This document shows positions 62,054 through 64,000 of a stretch of DNA of 64,000 nucleotides, piece after piece (position 1 is the first letter of the stretch; the number at the start of each line of letters is the position of its first letter). The notes under the pieces are model-generated. The model had not been told where the DNA came from and searched no databases. It saw only the letters and a list, made by a program, of their open reading frames with translations. The stretch is taken from contig JBKHHD010000005.1 of NCBI GenBank assembly GCA_046539325.1, forward strand, positions 15,248 through 79,247, written 5' to 3'. Position numbers and translations under genes: made by a program. This stretch comes from Candidatus Aenigmatarchaeota archaeon. GTDB lineage: Archaea; Aenigmatarchaeota; Aenigmatarchaeia; PWEA01.

Positions 62054-63304
62054 TCATGGCCCGTCCTCTACAAATCCAAGCTCTTCTTTTCCATGGATCT
62101 CCACGACGTCCAGCTCCACACATTCCGTGCCTGCACCAAGAACGGAAGCCACGGACGGCTCCGTCCTGCCGTCGTCGCCTGAGACCATCTCCTTGATATA
62201 CGTTCCTGCCTCTGCTTTGACAACAAGCTCCACTTTTCCTTCGCCCTTCTTCTCCCAGTCCAGTTTCTTCACCTTCCTTTTCCTATACCTATCAGCTCTT
62301 CTATGCTCCACCCTCTGCGGCGTCCTCTGCGTCAGCGTCTTACCTTCTATCTCCTCCAGCCTCTCCAGCTCCTCTTCCTCCACGTCTTCCTCCAGCTCCA
62401 CCAGCGCCCGGTAGCTCTTGTCCGGCTGCCAGCTCTTCAGCTTTTCCACCTTGTCTCTTCCAACGATCTGCAGGTTCCTTACGTTGACCTCCACGTTTTC
62501 ATTAACTTCCTTCCCCACACTCTCCAGGTCCAGCTCCCTCTTCTTTGGCTCCAGAAGCTCAAGTATGAACGGCCTCCAGCCCAGGCACTTTGCATCGATA
62601 TCCTCTCTTCCGGCACCATGGAACTTCTCGTCCGAGGAGTCTGCAGCTCTCAGAAAGGCCGGAGCGATAATCTCCTCCAGTGAGATCTCGTATTTACCAG
62701 AGGGCCACTCCGTCTGCGGAATACCTCTTTCCGTTTTCTGGTACTCACCATAAACACAAACTGAGTTAACGTTCAGCTTTACCTCGTCCTTTTGCATGTC
62801 AACAAGAATCTGTATCTCCGGAAGGTCGAACTCCACCTCCTTTTTTGTTTTCTCCTCCAGTCTCTTTCCCAACTCCCGGTTAAACTCGGCCTTCATCTCC
62901 TCGCAGTATTGTATACCTATCTCCTCCCACAGCTCCTCCTCCTTCTTCACGAGCTCATCAGGCAGCCTCGTACCGATCAGGAAGTTCTCAAACTCGTATC
63001 CTTGAAGCTCCCTCATAACCTTTCCACACCATTCCTCCAGCTCCTCAAAAAGCCCGTCGCAGATTATACACTCTGTTTCTCCGTCCTCGGAGCTGCAGTG
63101 CCTGAACTCTACCTCTGAAAAGTTGCTGCCGTCAACCTCCACCTTCTCACCAGCGTCCATCTCCATAGCCACGAACCTCCGCACGACCTCACCACGTTCC
63201 TCGTTGGACATACCTGTGAGTAGCTGCGCGAACTGCCGTCCAAGACAGTGATCGCACACGTATCCCTTCTCCAGTATCTTCGCAGCTCTTTCCTCCAGAT
63301 CCAT
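62054..63304 (-). CDS. pus10: tRNA pseudouridine(54/55) synthase Pus10
   Basis: CDHCLGRQFA, RGIPQT.W, FHGAGREDID, QRTP.RV.HRRAD, GTYIKE..SGD.GRT.PS. Confidence 0.95.
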   Translation of the reverse strand: MDLEERAAKILEKGYVCDHCLGRQFAQLLTGMSNEERGEVVRRFVAMEMDAGEKVEVDGSNFSEVEFRHCSSEDGETECIICDGLFEELEEWCGKVMRELQGYEFENFLIGTRLPDELVKKEEELWEEIGIQYCEEMKAEFNRELGKRLEEKTKKEVEFDLPEIQILVDMQKDEVKLNVNSVCVYGEYQKTERGIPQTEWPSGKYEISLEEIIAPAFLRAADSSDEKFHGAGREDIDAKCLGWRPFILELLEPKKRELDLESVGKEVNENVEVNVRNLQIVGRDKVEKLKSWQPDKSYRALVELEEDVEEEELERLEEIEGKTLTQRTPQRVEHRRADRYRKRKVKKLDWEKKGEGKVELVVKAEAGTYIKEMVSGDDGRTEPSVASVLGAGTECVELDVVEIHGKEELGFVEDGP

Positions 63305-63402
63305 GTTATCCCAGACTACCAGGATTATTTGACGTCAAAGCTTTAAAGGTTTTGAGCCTTCCAGTCAAAACTTATAAGATAGAAAATCGAACTATTTATC
63401 CG

Positions 63403-64000
63403 ATGCCTAGAAATATCGAACGTGTATCCACTGGAATTCCCGGTCTCGACGAACTCATAGAAGGTGGGTTCGTAAAGGACAACGCCGTTCTAGTAACTGG
63501 TTCTGCCGGTACAGGCAAGACCATCTTCTGTTCACAGTTTATATGGGAAGGTCTCCAGAACGGCGAGACATGCATGTTTATAACCTTTGAAGAGGGGCCT
63601 GATAAGATAAAGCAAGAGGCATTGGACTTCGGCTGGGACTTCGAGAAGTACGAGGAAAACGGCCAGCTTATACTCAGGCAGAAAGACCCCTTCGACACAG
63701 CCGAAGGAGACGAGCTGTTCTGGTTTAGAAACCAGCTCGAGAAGCACGATGTGGATAGACTCGTCATGGACTCCACTTCCATTCTCTCGCTTTACTACGA
63801 CGATCAGTATGAGGTGAGAGAGAACCTCTTCAAGATAGTGAGCACGATAGAGGAGGAGGATGTTACGGCTGTTCTCACAACTGAGTCACCTGAAGGCGAG
63901 GACGATCTAACCCGCTTCGGCGTCGAAGAGTACCTCGTGGATGGAGTTATTGAGCTCAATTTCAGTCTCGTGGGAACTGATTCTGGAAGAAGCCTTGCAG
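63403..64000 (+). CDS. KaiC/RAD55 family ATPase (3' partial; not in ORF track)
   Basis: MPRNIERVSTGIPGLDELIEGG, Walker A GSAGTGKT, ITFEE, RLVMDS, GVEEYLVDGVI. Confidence 0.9.
   Translation, partial: MPRNIERVSTGIPGLDELIEGGFVKDNAVLVTGSAGTGKTIFCSQFIWEGLQNGETCMFITFEEGPDKIKQEALDFGWDFEKYEENGQLILRQKDPFDTAEGDELFWFRNQLEKHDVDRLVMDSTSILSLYYDDQYEVRENLFKIVSTIEEEDVTAVLTTESPEGEDDLTRFGVEEYLVDGVIELNFSLVGTDSGRSLA

Noticed and set aside
1-64000. CRISPR array, IS elements, inteins, rRNA, SRP/RNase P RNA
   Set aside because: No regularly spaced repeats, transposase or integrase motifs, oversized enzymes with intein motifs, or sufficiently long unexplained intergenic regions were seen by eye

Overview
Archaeal chromosomal window. 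Gene style and content point to a DPANN lineage such as Aenigmarchaeota/Nanohaloarchaeota, with an acidic, possibly salt-adapted proteome; this placement is inference only. The two ends (1-5.2 kb and 29.8-64 kb) are mostly housekeeping: FEN1, 8-oxoG glycosylases, Dph5/Dph2, Trm5, RNase HI/HII, AspRS, GGR, histone, aIF5A, agmatinase, ThyX, Cmk, TrmJ, uL16, RpoL/RpoF, TFS, UppS, eL21, Pus10, and a KaiC/RAD55 ATPase running off the end. The most notable region is a ~24 kb surface-structure locus (5.4-29.7 kb). A type IV pilus/T2SS ATPase and a TadC/FlaJ-like platform head a co-oriented array of 19 pilin-like genes, four of them tiny ORFs that the ORF track lacks or gives only as the tail of a longer ORF. 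The pilins carry varied disulfide-rich modules: a knottin-like C-C-CC-C-C motif, EGF-like, GLUG, InlB B-repeat, ALK-type Gly-rich, and a triplicated 14-Cys domain I cannot assign. A 29-bp direct repeat brackets the largest adhesin gene. Next to this are a divergent coiled-coil gene pair and five tandem paralogous membrane proteins. The array ends at a tRNA-Gly(CCC) interrupted by two non-canonical BHB introns (22/23 and 59/60). Other oddities are a PEP-synthase homologue lacking the catalytic His, a tandem-domain ThyX with complementary degenerate halves, and an OGG2-like glycosylase with an altered catalytic Lys and a PIP-like tail. No CRISPR array, transposase, integrase or rRNA was seen. 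All family calls come from motif recognition by eye, without database searches.
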